Of a stretch of 64,000 nucleotides of DNA, positions 12,942-22,173 are shown piece after piece (position 1 is the first letter of the stretch; each line of letters begins with the position of its first letter). Where the stretch lies: the NCBI GenBank assembly GCA_965219095.1, contig CBDCMT010000001.1:96001-160000 (forward strand), given 5' to 3'. This stretch comes from Bdellovibrionales bacterium (GTDB lineage Bacteria; Bdellovibrionota; Bdellovibrionia; Bdellovibrionales; UBA1609). The notes under the pieces were generated by a model. The model was not told the DNA's origin. It saw only the letters and a program-made list of their open reading frames with translations, and ran no database searches. A program made the position numbers and the translations under genes.

Positions 12942-14155
12942 TGTAATAGTCGCAACTTAATCTGACACGTCTCGAAATGTCAAAGAGATGAAAAGAGGTT
13001 ACCCTTTTAAATAAACAATACCACCCCAAAGGGTGGAGAAAGGATAACAAAAATGACATATCAAGAAAGAATTATAAAATCAAAAGTAGGTCTTTTGCAA
13101 TTAGCAGAAGAGTTAGGCAATGTATCTCAAGCTTGTAAGGTGATGGGCTTTTCAAGAGATACATTTTATCGTTACAAGACACTCAAAGAGGAAGGAGGTT
13201 TAGAATCATTAAGAGAGCAAAGTCGTAGAAAGCCTAATTTAAAAAACAGAGTTGATCAAACGACAGAAGAGGCTTGTTTAAGGATCGCTATAGAACTTCC
13301 TGCCTATGGACAGTTGAGAGCGTCCAATGAGTTAAGGAAAAAAGGAATTTTTATTTCTCCTGCAGGAGTTAGAGGGGTCTGGCTGAGAAATAATTTAGAG
13401 ACTTTCAAAAAGCGTTTGAAAGCTTTAGAAAAGAAGTCTGCAGAGGAAGGCTTGGTTTTCACAGAGGAGCAGTTACAAGCCCTAGAGAAGAAGAAACAAG
13501 AGGATTTAGAGTGCGGAGAGGTAGAGACAGCTCATCCTGGTTATTTAGGCTCACAGGACACTTTTTATGTGGGAACTATGAAAGGTGTAGGACGTCTTTA
13601 TCAACAAACCTTTGTGGACACTTACTCAAAAATTGCTTTCTGTAAGCTCTATAAAACGAAAACACCTATTACAGCAGCTGACCTTCTCAATGATAGAGTG
13701 TTTCCTTTTTTTGAAGACCATGATGTGCCCCTGCTTCGTATGTTAACAGATAGGGGTACAGAGTTCTGTGGAGTTCAAGATCGTCACGATTATGAGCTTT
13801 ATTTGGCTATCAATGATATAGAACACACAAAAACAAAGGCAAGACATCCTCAAACCAATGGCATCTGTGAAAGATTTCATAGAACAATTTTAGAGGAGTT
13901 TTATCAAGTGGAGTTTAGAAAAAAAGTGTACAAAAGCATAGAAGAGTTGCAGTCTGACCTTGACTTGTGGCTTGTGAAATATAATGAAAGGAGAACTCAT
14001 CAGGGAAAAATGTGTTGTGGTCGAACACCTATGGAAACTTTCCTTGACGGAAAACAAAAAGTAAGGCAAAAGATGATTGAACAGAACGAAAACTGACAGA
14101 CAGTTTTTTATCAACCCAGAAAGGGTAACTGTCAGATCATATAACGTCTATTACA
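12942..14155 (+). mobile_element. Complete IS481-family element (1214 bp)
   Basis: Terminal IRs TGTAATAG...CTATTACA; 7-bp TSD TCTTACG at 12586-12592 and 14156-14162 flanks the partial plus full unit. Confidence 0.93.
13053..14096 (+). CDS. IS481-family DDE transposase (intact)
   Basis: HTH GNVSQACKVMGFSRDTFYR; rve core SQDTF, LTDRGTEF, PQTNGICERFHRT. Confidence 0.93.
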   Translation: MTYQERIIKSKVGLLQLAEELGNVSQACKVMGFSRDTFYRYKTLKEEGGLESLREQSRRKPNLKNRVDQTTEEACLRIAIELPAYGQLRASNELRKKGIFISPAGVRGVWLRNNLETFKKRLKALEKKSAEEGLVFTEEQLQALEKKKQEDLECGEVETAHPGYLGSQDTFYVGTMKGVGRLYQQTFVDTYSKIAFCKLYKTKTPITAADLLNDRVFPFFEDHDVPLLRMLTDRGTEFCGVQDRHDYELYLAINDIEHTKTKARHPQTNGICERFHRTILEEFYQVEFRKKVYKSIEELQSDLDLWLVKYNERRTHQGKMCCGRTPMETFLDGKQKVRQKMIEQNEN

Positions 14156-14245
14156 TCTTACGGCTTTAGAACCTCTAAAGCTATAAAAATCGCCTTATAT
14201 CATATAACGTCTATTACACTTTAAACATGAAACCGCCCTCTAACT

Positions 14246-14272
14246 AATTCCACCGAGAAATGGGACATCCTC
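14246..14272 (-). mobile_element. Orphan IS5-like (IS1031-type) terminus; matching inverted copy at 25013-25039
   Basis: AATTCCACCGAGAAATGGGACATCCTC is the exact reverse complement of 25013-25039; GAG end followed by TTA. Family assignment inferred. Confidence 0.55.
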
Positions 14273-14574
14273 TTAAATTGTGTAACTGATTTTTTCATTT
14301 TAAATATCACTTCCTTGACAAACAGCCATGTATCCTTTTGAAGGTTGTTTTTTTATAAACCTAGTACAGCATAACATAGTTATGTGGGTCGGTTGTTGCT
14401 TCACCTACCATTTTCTTGAGGAGTTTGTTCGTGATTTGTTCGTGATTAACTATCCAAAACTGTGAAAAAGTGTGTACATTTGGCCTGAAACAAGGAAATG
14501 GTATTAGTTATTGTTTTTATTCTCTTTTTAGTGTTTTCAAGAGGTTATACAAAATAACCCCTCGATTTGAGATG

Positions 14575-14588
14575 GTCGAAACTCGGGT
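14575..14588. mobile_element. Orphan IS982-family terminus
   Basis: GTCGAAACTCGGGT is identical to 42198-42211, which follows an IS982 transposase C-terminus; a related copy lies at ~56338. Confidence 0.6.
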
Positions 14589-14722
14589 TACTACACTTCA
14601 AAAACCCCCTTTTTACCTTGCTAGAAAAAGGGATTTTTGAAACACGGTTAGTATATTTAGACTATAGTCTGGTTATTTTTTTTTCCTTTAACAAAATTCC
14701 TTATAGAGACTAGCATAATTAT

Positions 14723-15505
14723 ATGATTTTAGTTCTTTTATTTTCAGCACTTTCTATCTCCAAGCCCCTCTGCTCTTATGATAATTATGAACACTATGTT
14801 TATAGCTATGATAGAGCCAATGATCTTTTAGAAAAGCACGGAGAAGGCTGTCAGTTAAAAGGAATTTCTTTCGAAGGGAAAAATCTTCAAGACACATTTT
14901 TTTTCAAAGCTGATCTTTCTAAATCTTCTTTTTTAGGTATTGAGGCTAGCTTTTCTAATTTTAGTGAATCAAACTTTACAAAAGCTAATCTACTTGAATC
15001 TTATTTCAATAGCAGTCTTTTTTCTCGGGTGAATTTCACAAAGTCACTCTTAAATAAAACATCTTTTAATAGGGGGTATTTCTATAAATCTCTTTTTAGA
15101 GAAGCCTCAGTTAAAGAAGCTAATTTTAGAGGCTCCTTTCTTTATAAAGTAGATTTGAGTTTTTCGAATTTTAAAGGGAGTGATCTATCTTATACAAACT
15201 TAAAGTTCTCTCGTATGGAAGGGGCTAATTTTGAAAGAGTTAATTTTGATTCTTCTCTTTTCACAGGAGCTCAAATTAAAAATACCAATTTCAGAGGAGC
15301 AGATTTGAGAACTGCTTATTTGTCTGAAGTTTTTGTTGACTCTCAAAGTGACTTTAAATGTGCTGTTTATGATTTTATAACTTCTTTTCGTTTTGATTTT
15401 CCTGAAAAGCATAAGAAGAATATGATAGAGGTTCCACCTAACATATCTACTCAGAAAAAAAACCAACTCATTGACAAGTGCTTGGATTTAAGGAAAAATC
15501 TTTAA
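14723..15505 (+). CDS. Secreted pentapeptide-repeat protein
   Basis: Signal peptide followed by A(D/N)(L/F)xx repeats (ADLSK SSFLG ... ANFRG ... ADLRT AYLSE). Confidence 0.9.
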   Translation: MILVLLFSALSISKPLCSYDNYEHYVYSYDRANDLLEKHGEGCQLKGISFEGKNLQDTFFFKADLSKSSFLGIEASFSNFSESNFTKANLLESYFNSSLFSRVNFTKSLLNKTSFNRGYFYKSLFREASVKEANFRGSFLYKVDLSFSNFKGSDLSYTNLKFSRMEGANFERVNFDSSLFTGAQIKNTNFRGADLRTAYLSEVFVDSQSDFKCAVYDFITSFRFDFPEKHKKNMIEVPPNISTQKKNQLIDKCLDLRKNL

Positions 15506-15632
15506 ATCAAAATAATGAAGATGAATTGATTGTAACAGAAAAATTCCAATCTAAATAAGCTTCTAACTCGTCCTTATCCATTTCTCAGCTCCACAGATTA
15601 TTTTGAGGAGGGATTTTTTATATCGATCTATG

Positions 15633-16154
15633 CTATAGAGATTCAAGAAGTTTCTGAAGTCTTTTTTTCTTATTCTTATTTTGAGTCCTATGGGCTCTAA
15701 TAATTGCTTCAATCTTTTTTTTAGAAAAAACATTCTTTTTTTTCTTTGTGTATTGAAGATAAGACAGGCAGTCATCCAAATCCGTTTCAGAAAGTCGATT
15801 CAACTTCAAACGAAGAAAAAGCTCTAAATTAGGGCCATAGACAACCCCTTTTTTTCCTTTATAAAGAACTTGAAGGTTATCCTTATAACTTTTTATTTTA
15901 AAAAGAAAAAAGGCGGCAGAGATATTAATAACTTCAACAGGAAGCTGTAAGTTCTCTGCTAATTTCATCAAATTCAAAGTTTGTTCATTAGCTCTGCTTT
16001 GAGATAGAGGAACAATATCAATATCCATTGTTGTTCTTTCATGAATTTCCAAAAACTGTATAAGAGCTCCCCCTATAAGAACCCAATCTCCTTCTAAAGT
16101 TTCACTTGTTTTTTTTAACAAGGTCTTCACAAGTCGAGGAGTAATAAGCTTCAT
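15633..16154 (-). CDS. Putative nucleotidyltransferase (DUF6036/AbiEii-like), candidate toxin
   Basis: LIGGAL...RTTMDIDI NTase signature and C-terminal KLNR...DLDD; ATG at 16154 overlaps the upstream stop (ATGA). Confidence 0.72.
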   Translation of the reverse strand: MKLITPRLVKTLLKKTSETLEGDWVLIGGALIQFLEIHERTTMDIDIVPLSQSRANEQTLNLMKLAENLQLPVEVINISAAFFLFKIKSYKDNLQVLYKGKKGVVYGPNLELFLRLKLNRLSETDLDDCLSYLQYTKKKKNVFSKKKIEAIIRAHRTQNKNKKKRLQKLLESL

Positions 16155-16648
16155 AAGTACTCTCCAATATGAGCAAGAACTATACGGCATAATTTTATAT
16201 GGCGAGGTGTTATTCTCTTAGGAAGAGCTTGATTATAAACATTTTCATGATTTTTATAGAATTTTGGATAGTGGTTTTTTATAGACAAAAGGAGGGCTTG
16301 AAAAACTTCTAAAATACGTTCCGAGACTTGATTTCGTTTTAATTCAAAAACTCCCCTTCTTAAGAAAAGGCTTAAATTTTTTCTTGTTAATTCATGTTTT
16401 TTAAAGTGTTTTTTTGAACAGAGCAACCCTGAAAAATAAGAAAGATCATCCCAGTGAAAAGAAGTTTCCTTTATATCTAAACTTAATCCTAGAACCTCAT
16501 TCAACTGTGTTAAAACCTTTAAGCTAGGATTAGCTTTACAAGCTTCAATATTTTGTATTGTAGCTAAAGAAAGCCCGCTAAGCTCTGAAAGCTCTCGTTG
16601 AGAAAGATTTAAAGCCTTTCTTCTTTCTAAGAAAATCTTAACTAGCAT
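16151..16648 (-). CDS. XRE-family HTH protein with C-terminal extension, candidate antitoxin/regulator
   Basis: RRKALNLSQRELSELSGLSLATIQNIEACKANPSL HTH_3 motif. Confidence 0.85.
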   Translation of the reverse strand: MLVKIFLERRKALNLSQRELSELSGLSLATIQNIEACKANPSLKVLTQLNEVLGLSLDIKETSFHWDDLSYFSGLLCSKKHFKKHELTRKNLSLFLRRGVFELKRNQVSERILEVFQALLLSIKNHYPKFYKNHENVYNQALPKRITPRHIKLCRIVLAHIGEYL

Positions 16649-16653
16649 AAGAT

Positions 16654-16683
16654 TATTATAATAGGCTTATTATAATAAGTCAA
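16654..16683 (-). promoter_or_regulatory. Leaderless promoter with two palindromic operators
   Basis: Minus strand TTGACT - 17 nt - TATAAT - 6 nt - ATG; palindromes CTTATTATAATAAG (16666-16679) and TATTATAATA (16654-16663). Confidence 0.75.
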
Positions 16684-16761
16684 ATATAACTTAGACTAAT
16701 TATAACTATTTGTTTTTACTTATAAAATTGCTTTTAAAAATGACCTTATTTGATCGTTCTA

Positions 16762-16841
16762 TGTGTTATGTCGAAGTCAGAAAAAGGGGAAACTATACTT
16801 TTGAGGCCTTAAAAAACTGTCCACTTTTTGGGGGAAGATCA
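16762..16841. mobile_element. Orphan IS1634 end and orphan IS3-like end
   Basis: TGTGTTATGTCGAAGTCAG resembles 32328-32346; AAAAAACTGTCCACTTTTTGGGGGAAGATCA recurs at 20042-20073, ~18752-18767 and (reversed) ~1358. Confidence 0.65.
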
Positions 16842-16877
16842 AAGCTTTAAAGTTAGGACGGCTCTTTATACTAAGGC

Positions 16878-17666
16878 TTACTTAAAATTTGAGGAAACAT
16901 TTAGTTTCCAGTCGTAGAAAATAAACTTTATTTTAGATGATAGAATTTTATGTTTTCCAACATAGGTCTTAAGCCATGCTTTTAGAGATGGAGCTTCATC
17001 TAGAAAATCACTTTCATACCACCTGAAAAGATAAGAGATATAAAGTGTATCATTTTTGATATGAAAATGCCTTTTTGTATTCAGAGATTTTTGAGTGTTG
17101 TCATGTAATTGCTGATCCATGATCTTAGCTTGATAAATATCTTTTCTGAGAGGAGGACAACCTACAGATGCACAATTTAAAGCAAAATGAATACGTGCAT
17201 CTTTCCATTTCTTCTTTTTATAATCCTTTCCAAGAAGAATGGATTTTTCAATATAATCTAACGAATAAAATTCTCCTCCTACTTTGAAATTTTTATGCTT
17301 AAAAGCTCTGTTAAAAAGAGCCAAATCTTTGACAGAAGAAATGTATAGCTTATTTTTTGAAAACCCGTCTTTTAGAATTTTAGAAATCATAAAGAAATTA
17401 TAAGTATTGATCCAAAAAGAAAGAGCTTCCTCTTTTGTTTTCAAAAAAGATATTTTAAATTCATCCAAAATTTCAAGCTGTTTTTTAACAAGAGGCTTTG
17501 ATACGTTGAAGGCTCCTTGATAATCAAAAGCTGTTTCATACTTTTCCTTAGATGACATGTCATGGAGATGGAAAGCCAGTAGTTGAGAATAAGGTTTAAA
17601 ATTTGCTGTCTTTCCATGAACGATTCCATATAGATTTAGAATAAATATTAAAAAAATCTTTTTCAT
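16878..17666 (-). CDS. DUF547 domain-containing secreted protein
   Basis: FWINTYN, DARIHFALNCASVGCPPL and YDWKLN motifs; signal peptide. Confidence 0.88.
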   Translation of the reverse strand: MKKIFLIFILNLYGIVHGKTANFKPYSQLLAFHLHDMSSKEKYETAFDYQGAFNVSKPLVKKQLEILDEFKISFLKTKEEALSFWINTYNFFMISKILKDGFSKNKLYISSVKDLALFNRAFKHKNFKVGGEFYSLDYIEKSILLGKDYKKKKWKDARIHFALNCASVGCPPLRKDIYQAKIMDQQLHDNTQKSLNTKRHFHIKNDTLYISYLFRWYESDFLDEAPSLKAWLKTYVGKHKILSSKIKFIFYDWKLNVSSNFK

Positions 17667-17849
17667 AACTTAAGGGTATCATTGGATTTATAAAAAAGCT
17701 AAAAACTTCAGATGAAGCCTCGCATAAATTAACATTTTGATATGGACTTTCAAAAAAAAGAATTTTTTTAAACAAACTAACCTATTTTAAGAGTCTAGGC
17801 TTAAGCATAGGCACCTTGACGTTTCCCTTTTTTTACCTATACTTTAGTT

Positions 17850-18566
17850 GTGAAGTATTTAATAATTTTATCTTTTATATTTCCCATACACTCTTACGCA
17901 AAAAGAGAAGGAAATCTTAATGATAAGAAAAGGCCTATTAGTGCTGTTATTGGTTTGGAATTTATCTCACAGAAAATAAGACGAGGACGCATCTTAGAAG
18001 ACAGCAACTCCTCTCCTTTTATTTTTCCCTATGCTGTAAAGTTTAACTTTATTTCACCCCATTTAGAAATGATAGGAAAGAGCTTAAATTATAAAAAAAA
18101 CCTTACTGACAAACTTCTGTTTCGTACACATTTTCAATCTTTAAAATATAATAACAAGCATACTTATGAGTGGAATCATTATCTTGAGTATAAGCTTTCA
18201 GGAGGAGGAGAGGTTACGTTTCAACACTCACAAGATTTTAAATCTCACCAAGGCCAATATCTAGATTTTAAGATTAGAAAGGAGGTTTTCTCGTTTTATG
18301 TAAGACAACACAACTTAAAGTTGTCTTTTTTTACTTCTATAGGAGGAGGAGATACCTCTCATAATAAATTTCTTTATGGAGAAAAAAAAGGAGGTTTTTT
18401 CACAAACTACTCTTATGGACTATCTCTAATTACTCCTAAAATTGATCATTTTTATCCTGTATTTGAACTTAAAAGATATGGAACTTATGGAGACAAACAA
18501 ACCCAGCTAAAACACAAAACCTCAGGCTGGAGATTCATTGCTCTTATGGCTTTTCAGGTGTTTTAG
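17850..18566 (+). CDS. Outer-membrane beta-barrel protein, MipA/OmpV-like
   Basis: Signal peptide, amphipathic strands, GGGDTSHNKFLYG motif, C-terminal Phe. Confidence 0.55.
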   Translation: MKYLIILSFIFPIHSYAKREGNLNDKKRPISAVIGLEFISQKIRRGRILEDSNSSPFIFPYAVKFNFISPHLEMIGKSLNYKKNLTDKLLFRTHFQSLKYNNKHTYEWNHYLEYKLSGGGEVTFQHSQDFKSHQGQYLDFKIRKEVFSFYVRQHNLKLSFFTSIGGGDTSHNKFLYGEKKGGFFTNYSYGLSLITPKIDHFYPVFELKRYGTYGDKQTQLKHKTSGWRFIALMAFQVF

Positions 18567-18568
18567 CT

Positions 18569-19160
18569 GTAACTCGGTTATCTGACCGCCCTATCTGAGC
18601 TTAAATTTCTCTTATAAGTTTTTCTTAAGAGGAGGGATTTTATGGAAGAAGGGATTAATTTAAAAAAGAAGATACAGCTTTGTCAAGAGAAGAATTCCAA
18701 CAAGAAGCTTATCCGCTACCTAGAAGCTCTTAAAGAGAGAGGTTCTAGATTTTTTGGGGGAAGATCATTGTTGTTCTAGGAACATAGGATTTTTTCTGAC
18801 GGGCACTGAGATTCTTTAGTTTCATAATTCGAGCTACTTTGTTTTCTCCAGCACTCACTCCGTAACGCTTTAATTCCCTATACACCCTGGGGGAACCATA
18901 ACAGCCTTTATTTTTTTTAAAATGTGTAAAGGAAGAGTCATTAAAAATGGAAAGGAAATGCAGGAAGTTTTCTCTTAGATGATTAGAATATTCGTGACCG
19001 TATGCAAAAAAAATTTTTTATATTTTTTGTAAATGGAGAAGTGTTTTTTCTTGACATACTTTTTGATAGACGTCTATTACACATAAGCTCACAGACGAAA
19101 GAACTTTCTGATTTGGGGGATTTCTAGCTACTTTTCACCCACAGATTCCCGGGAGGAGCC
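18569..19160. mobile_element. Mosaic of IS remnants (IS66 end, IS3 end and OrfB fragment, IS481 end, ISL3 left end)
   Basis: GTAACTCGGTT end shared with 19702; minus-strand YGSPRVYRELKRYG...VARIMK (IS3 OrfB); ACGTCTATTACA at ~19082; ISL3 left IR reversed at 19113-19160. Confidence 0.75.
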
Positions 19161-19176
19161 TTAAAAATTAGTCTTG

Positions 19177-19482
19177 TCACCAACTAGCTTTTGTTACACC
19201 TGAGATATGGCCTTTTAAAGCAAGTTCTCTTAAGGCAATACGGCTTAAGCTAAATTTTCTTAAATAGCCACGAGGGCGACCTGTGAGATAACAACGGTTA
19301 ACCACACGACAAGGAGAGGTATTGCGAGGAAGTTTTTGAAGTTGTAGCCCTGCTTCAAACCTTTCATCTTCTGGAAGATTTAAATTTATTATTTTATCTT
19401 TCAAACTCTTCCTGTGAGCATAATAACGTTTTGAAAGAGCCTTTCTTTGTTGATTTTTAACAATAGAACTTTTCTTTGCCAT
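19177..19482 (-). CDS. rpsN: 30S ribosomal protein S14 (101 aa, zinc-independent type)
   Basis: MAKKS...[52 protein letters not shown] at 19482. Confidence 0.97.
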   Translation of the reverse strand: MAKKSSIVKNQQRKALSKRYYAHRKSLKDKIINLNLPEDERFEAGLQLQKLPRNTSPCRVVNRCYLTGRPRGYLRKFSLSRIALRELALKGHISGVTKASW

Positions 19483-19701
19483 TGAACTTAAAATAAACCT
19501 CTTTTGAGAAAAATGCAAGAATATTTTGACGCTTAGTGAAAAAATGGCGATGTCCCATCATCATTGACAATTTCTGACACATCCTATGTCAGACATCGCC
19601 CCCCACTTAAATACACTTTTTATGTTAAAATCCTCACTATAAAAAGTCTAGAGCAAATATCGAAAACTAACAGAAAGACTAGGGCATATCGTCAATTAAC
19701 C

Positions 19702-20073
19702 GTAAGTTGGTTGTCTGACCGCCCTATCTGAGCTTAAATTTCTCTTATAAGTTTTTCTTAAAGGGAGGATTTTATGGAAGAAGGGATTAATTTAAAAGAA
19801 AAGATACAGCTTTGTCGAGAGGAGAGCTGTATAACTTTTCAGACGAAACTTCCTCTTTGTTTTTTTTAAGACGAGGACGTTAAACTCTTATCCTCTGTCC
19901 TTAAAGAATAACAGATCCTTTTTTACTTCTTCCTCTTATGACAGAGACCTTTTGACTTTTTGTAGGAAAAGGACTTTCCGCAGAGTCTTTTTATTTGTAA
20001 TAGACGTTATATGATCTGACAGTTACCCTTTCTGGGTTGATAAAAAACTGTCCACTTTTTTGGGGGAAGATCA
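19702..20073. mobile_element. Mosaic of IS66 end, degenerate IS256 fragment, IS481 right end and IS3-like end
   Basis: Each piece matches another copy in the window (18569, 20353-20522, 14099-14155, 16810-16841). Confidence 0.8.
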
Positions 20074-20743
20074 TCTTTTTTCCTTCACTTGTAATTCCAA
20101 GAACGCAAATCACTGTTCTTTTTGAAAATTCAATGCCGTCAATCATTAAAGCCACGAAACTTTCTTGTGAAAGATTCCGAGACTGAATGGCTTCCAAAGA
20201 CTTTTGACAACTCATCTTGAAAGCTTTACTGACAGAGGATTTTTTTAAACCTAAGCCGTCTTCCAACTTCCTTTGTAAAGGCTCATAGTTTCTGGTGCTG
20301 ACTCCTAAAAGCATAGCCCTCATTACATCTTCACAGAGAAGATCAAAGCTCTGGAGAACTGTATAACTCTCCAGAGGAACTTCCTCTTTGTTTTTTCTAA
20401 GACGAGGACGTTGAACTCTTATCCTCTGTCCTTGAAGAATAACAGATCCTTTCCCACTTCCTCCTCTGTGACAGAGACCCTCTGACTTTTTGTGGGAAAA
20501 GGGCTTTCCGCAGAGTCTTTTTACTTCCTCTTGGAAAAGATCATGGACTAATTTCAGTGCTGCTCCTTCAAGCTGCATAGCAATAAGCTGGTGAATCTTC
20601 TCATGTTTATTTTTTACCATTTGTAACTGGAATTGATATTGTGTATCTTTCATTTGGGGCTCCTTTTTGGTTTGTTTATAATACCCTGAGTTTAGCTCAG
20701 GGGAGCCCCTTCTTCAAACCCTAACGACTTTACAGACAATCTC
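20074..20743 (-). mobile_element. IS256-family element, 3' truncated (transposase pseudogene starting at 20653)
   Basis: Left IR GAGATTGTCTGTAAAGT at 20743; GVSTRNY, SSVSK, LMIDGI, LGITSEGKK motifs; cut at 20073. Confidence 0.88.
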
Positions 20744-20872
20744 TTAATTCATATCTTCTTAGCTATCCTTCACTCCCCTTTCTTAGGCTAAGGTTACTAT
20801 ATTAAATCAATTGACGACATCCCCTAGATTTAAAGACAGGCATCTAATCACAGTCAAATGAAACAATTCTTT

Positions 20873-21421
20873 TTACACCCTGTGAACTATTTTTGTAAAT
20901 TTCTGAAAAAGTTGCAGTTGTTCTTTTAAAGCTAATTCTGTGGTAGAATCTTTAATTTTATCATATGAGAAGCGTTTCTTAATGTGATTTAAATAAATTT
21001 TCATAGGATGAACATAAGCTCCTAAGTAACTTAAGATCTGAGTAATTTGCTCTAAAGGAATAAGACCTCCTCGCAGACCTTCCGAAAGGCCTATTAAACA
21101 TACTGGTTTTTCCTGAAAAAGACCTTTTACAGGCAAATGATCAATAAAATACTTTAAAGCTCCAGGAACACCTCCATTGTATTCAGGGATGATAAAAATC
21201 AGACCTTCAGAAGTTTTAATTTTTTGAGCTAAATTTAAAATGCTTTCAGGAGGAGTTTGATACTGCTCACCTAAAAGTTCAGCCCAGTTAACTTGTTTGT
21301 AAAGATCAATAAGACTTACGTCTTCAGAGTCTGGAGAGTTTTTATACAAGTCTTTGATTACATAGCAAAGCTTTAAAGTATTTGAATCTTTTCTATTAGT
21401 ACCGCTAACAATACATTTCAT
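20873..21421 (-). CDS. NADPH-dependent FMN reductase (flavodoxin-like)
   Basis: SGTNRKDSNT, PEYNGGVPGALKYFID, KPVCLIG motifs; translationally coupled to pstB. Confidence 0.88.
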   Translation of the reverse strand: MKCIVSGTNRKDSNTLKLCYVIKDLYKNSPDSEDVSLIDLYKQVNWAELLGEQYQTPPESILNLAQKIKTSEGLIFIIPEYNGGVPGALKYFIDHLPVKGLFQEKPVCLIGLSEGLRGGLIPLEQITQILSYLGAYVHPMKIYLNHIKKRFSYDKIKDSTTELALKEQLQLFQKFTKIVHRV

Positions 21422-22173
21422 TAACCAAATTTACCTTCTATATAAGCTTTTGTTTTCTCCTGTGTAGGATTTTGAAATATTTTTTTTGTATCATCAAATT
21501 CAACAACCTTTCCTTTATGTAAAAAAACTGTTTTATCAGAAACTCTTAAAGCTTGTTGCATGTTATGAGTGACAATAAGAATGGTGTAGGACAATTTCAA
21601 CTGCCTCATGAGATCCTCAATACGTTGAGTGGACTTAGGGTCTAAAGATGAACAAGGTTCATCCATTAAAATAACATCTGGTTTCATAGCTACAGCTCTT
21701 GCAATACAAAGTCTTTGCTGCTGTCCTCCCGAGAGTTCAAGAGCTGAATTGTAAAGTCTATCCTGAACTTCTTCAAAAAGACCAGCTTGTTTAAGACAGG
21801 AGTGTAAAAGTTCTTTTTCATCAAACTGGTAGTGGTTAATTTTAGGGCCCCATAAAATGTTCTTAGCAATGGATTGAGGAAAGGGGTTAGGTTTTTGAAA
21901 TACCATTCCTATGTGTTTACGAATTTCAACAGGATCAATTTTTTTATCATAAATATCTCGGTTACGATAAAATACACTCCCTTGTATTCTAAAGCTCGGA
22001 ATAAAATCATTCATTCTATTGAGAGTTCTTAACAAAGTGCTTTTCCCGCAACCAGAAGGCCCGATAATAGCAATCACTTTATTTTTCTCAACTTTAATAT
22101 TGATGTTTTTTAAAACCTGTGTCTCGCCATAAAAAGCATTTAAATCACAAATTTCTAAAATAGTCTTTTTCAT
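21421..22173 (-). CDS. pstB: Phosphate ABC transporter ATPase
   Basis: GPSGCGKST, VFQKPNPFP, LSGGQQQRLCIARA, DEPCSSLDP, YIEGKFG. Confidence 0.96.
   Translation of the reverse strand: MKKTILEICDLNAFYGETQVLKNINIKVEKNKVIAIIGPSGCGKSTLLRTLNRMNDFIPSFRIQGSVFYRNRDIYDKKIDPVEIRKHIGMVFQKPNPFPQSIAKNILWGPKINHYQFDEKELLHSCLKQAGLFEEVQDRLYNSALELSGGQQQRLCIARAVAMKPDVILMDEPCSSLDPKSTQRIEDLMRQLKLSYTILIVTHNMQQALRVSDKTVFLHKGKVVEFDDTKKIFQNPTQEKTKAYIEGKFG

Larger units (their letters stand above)
11190..14204 (+). mobile_element. ISL3-family element, interrupted by IS481 copies, right end missing
   Basis: Left IR GGCTCCTCCTGGGAATCTGTGGGT at 11190; transposase 11434-12592 resumes at 14163 (GFRTSKAIKIALYH). Confidence 0.9.

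Noticed and set aside
14425..14448. Tandem TTTGTTCGTGA x2 and the nearby hairpin at ~14598-14640
   Set aside because: Only two units and no associated recombinase or gene; function cannot be supported.
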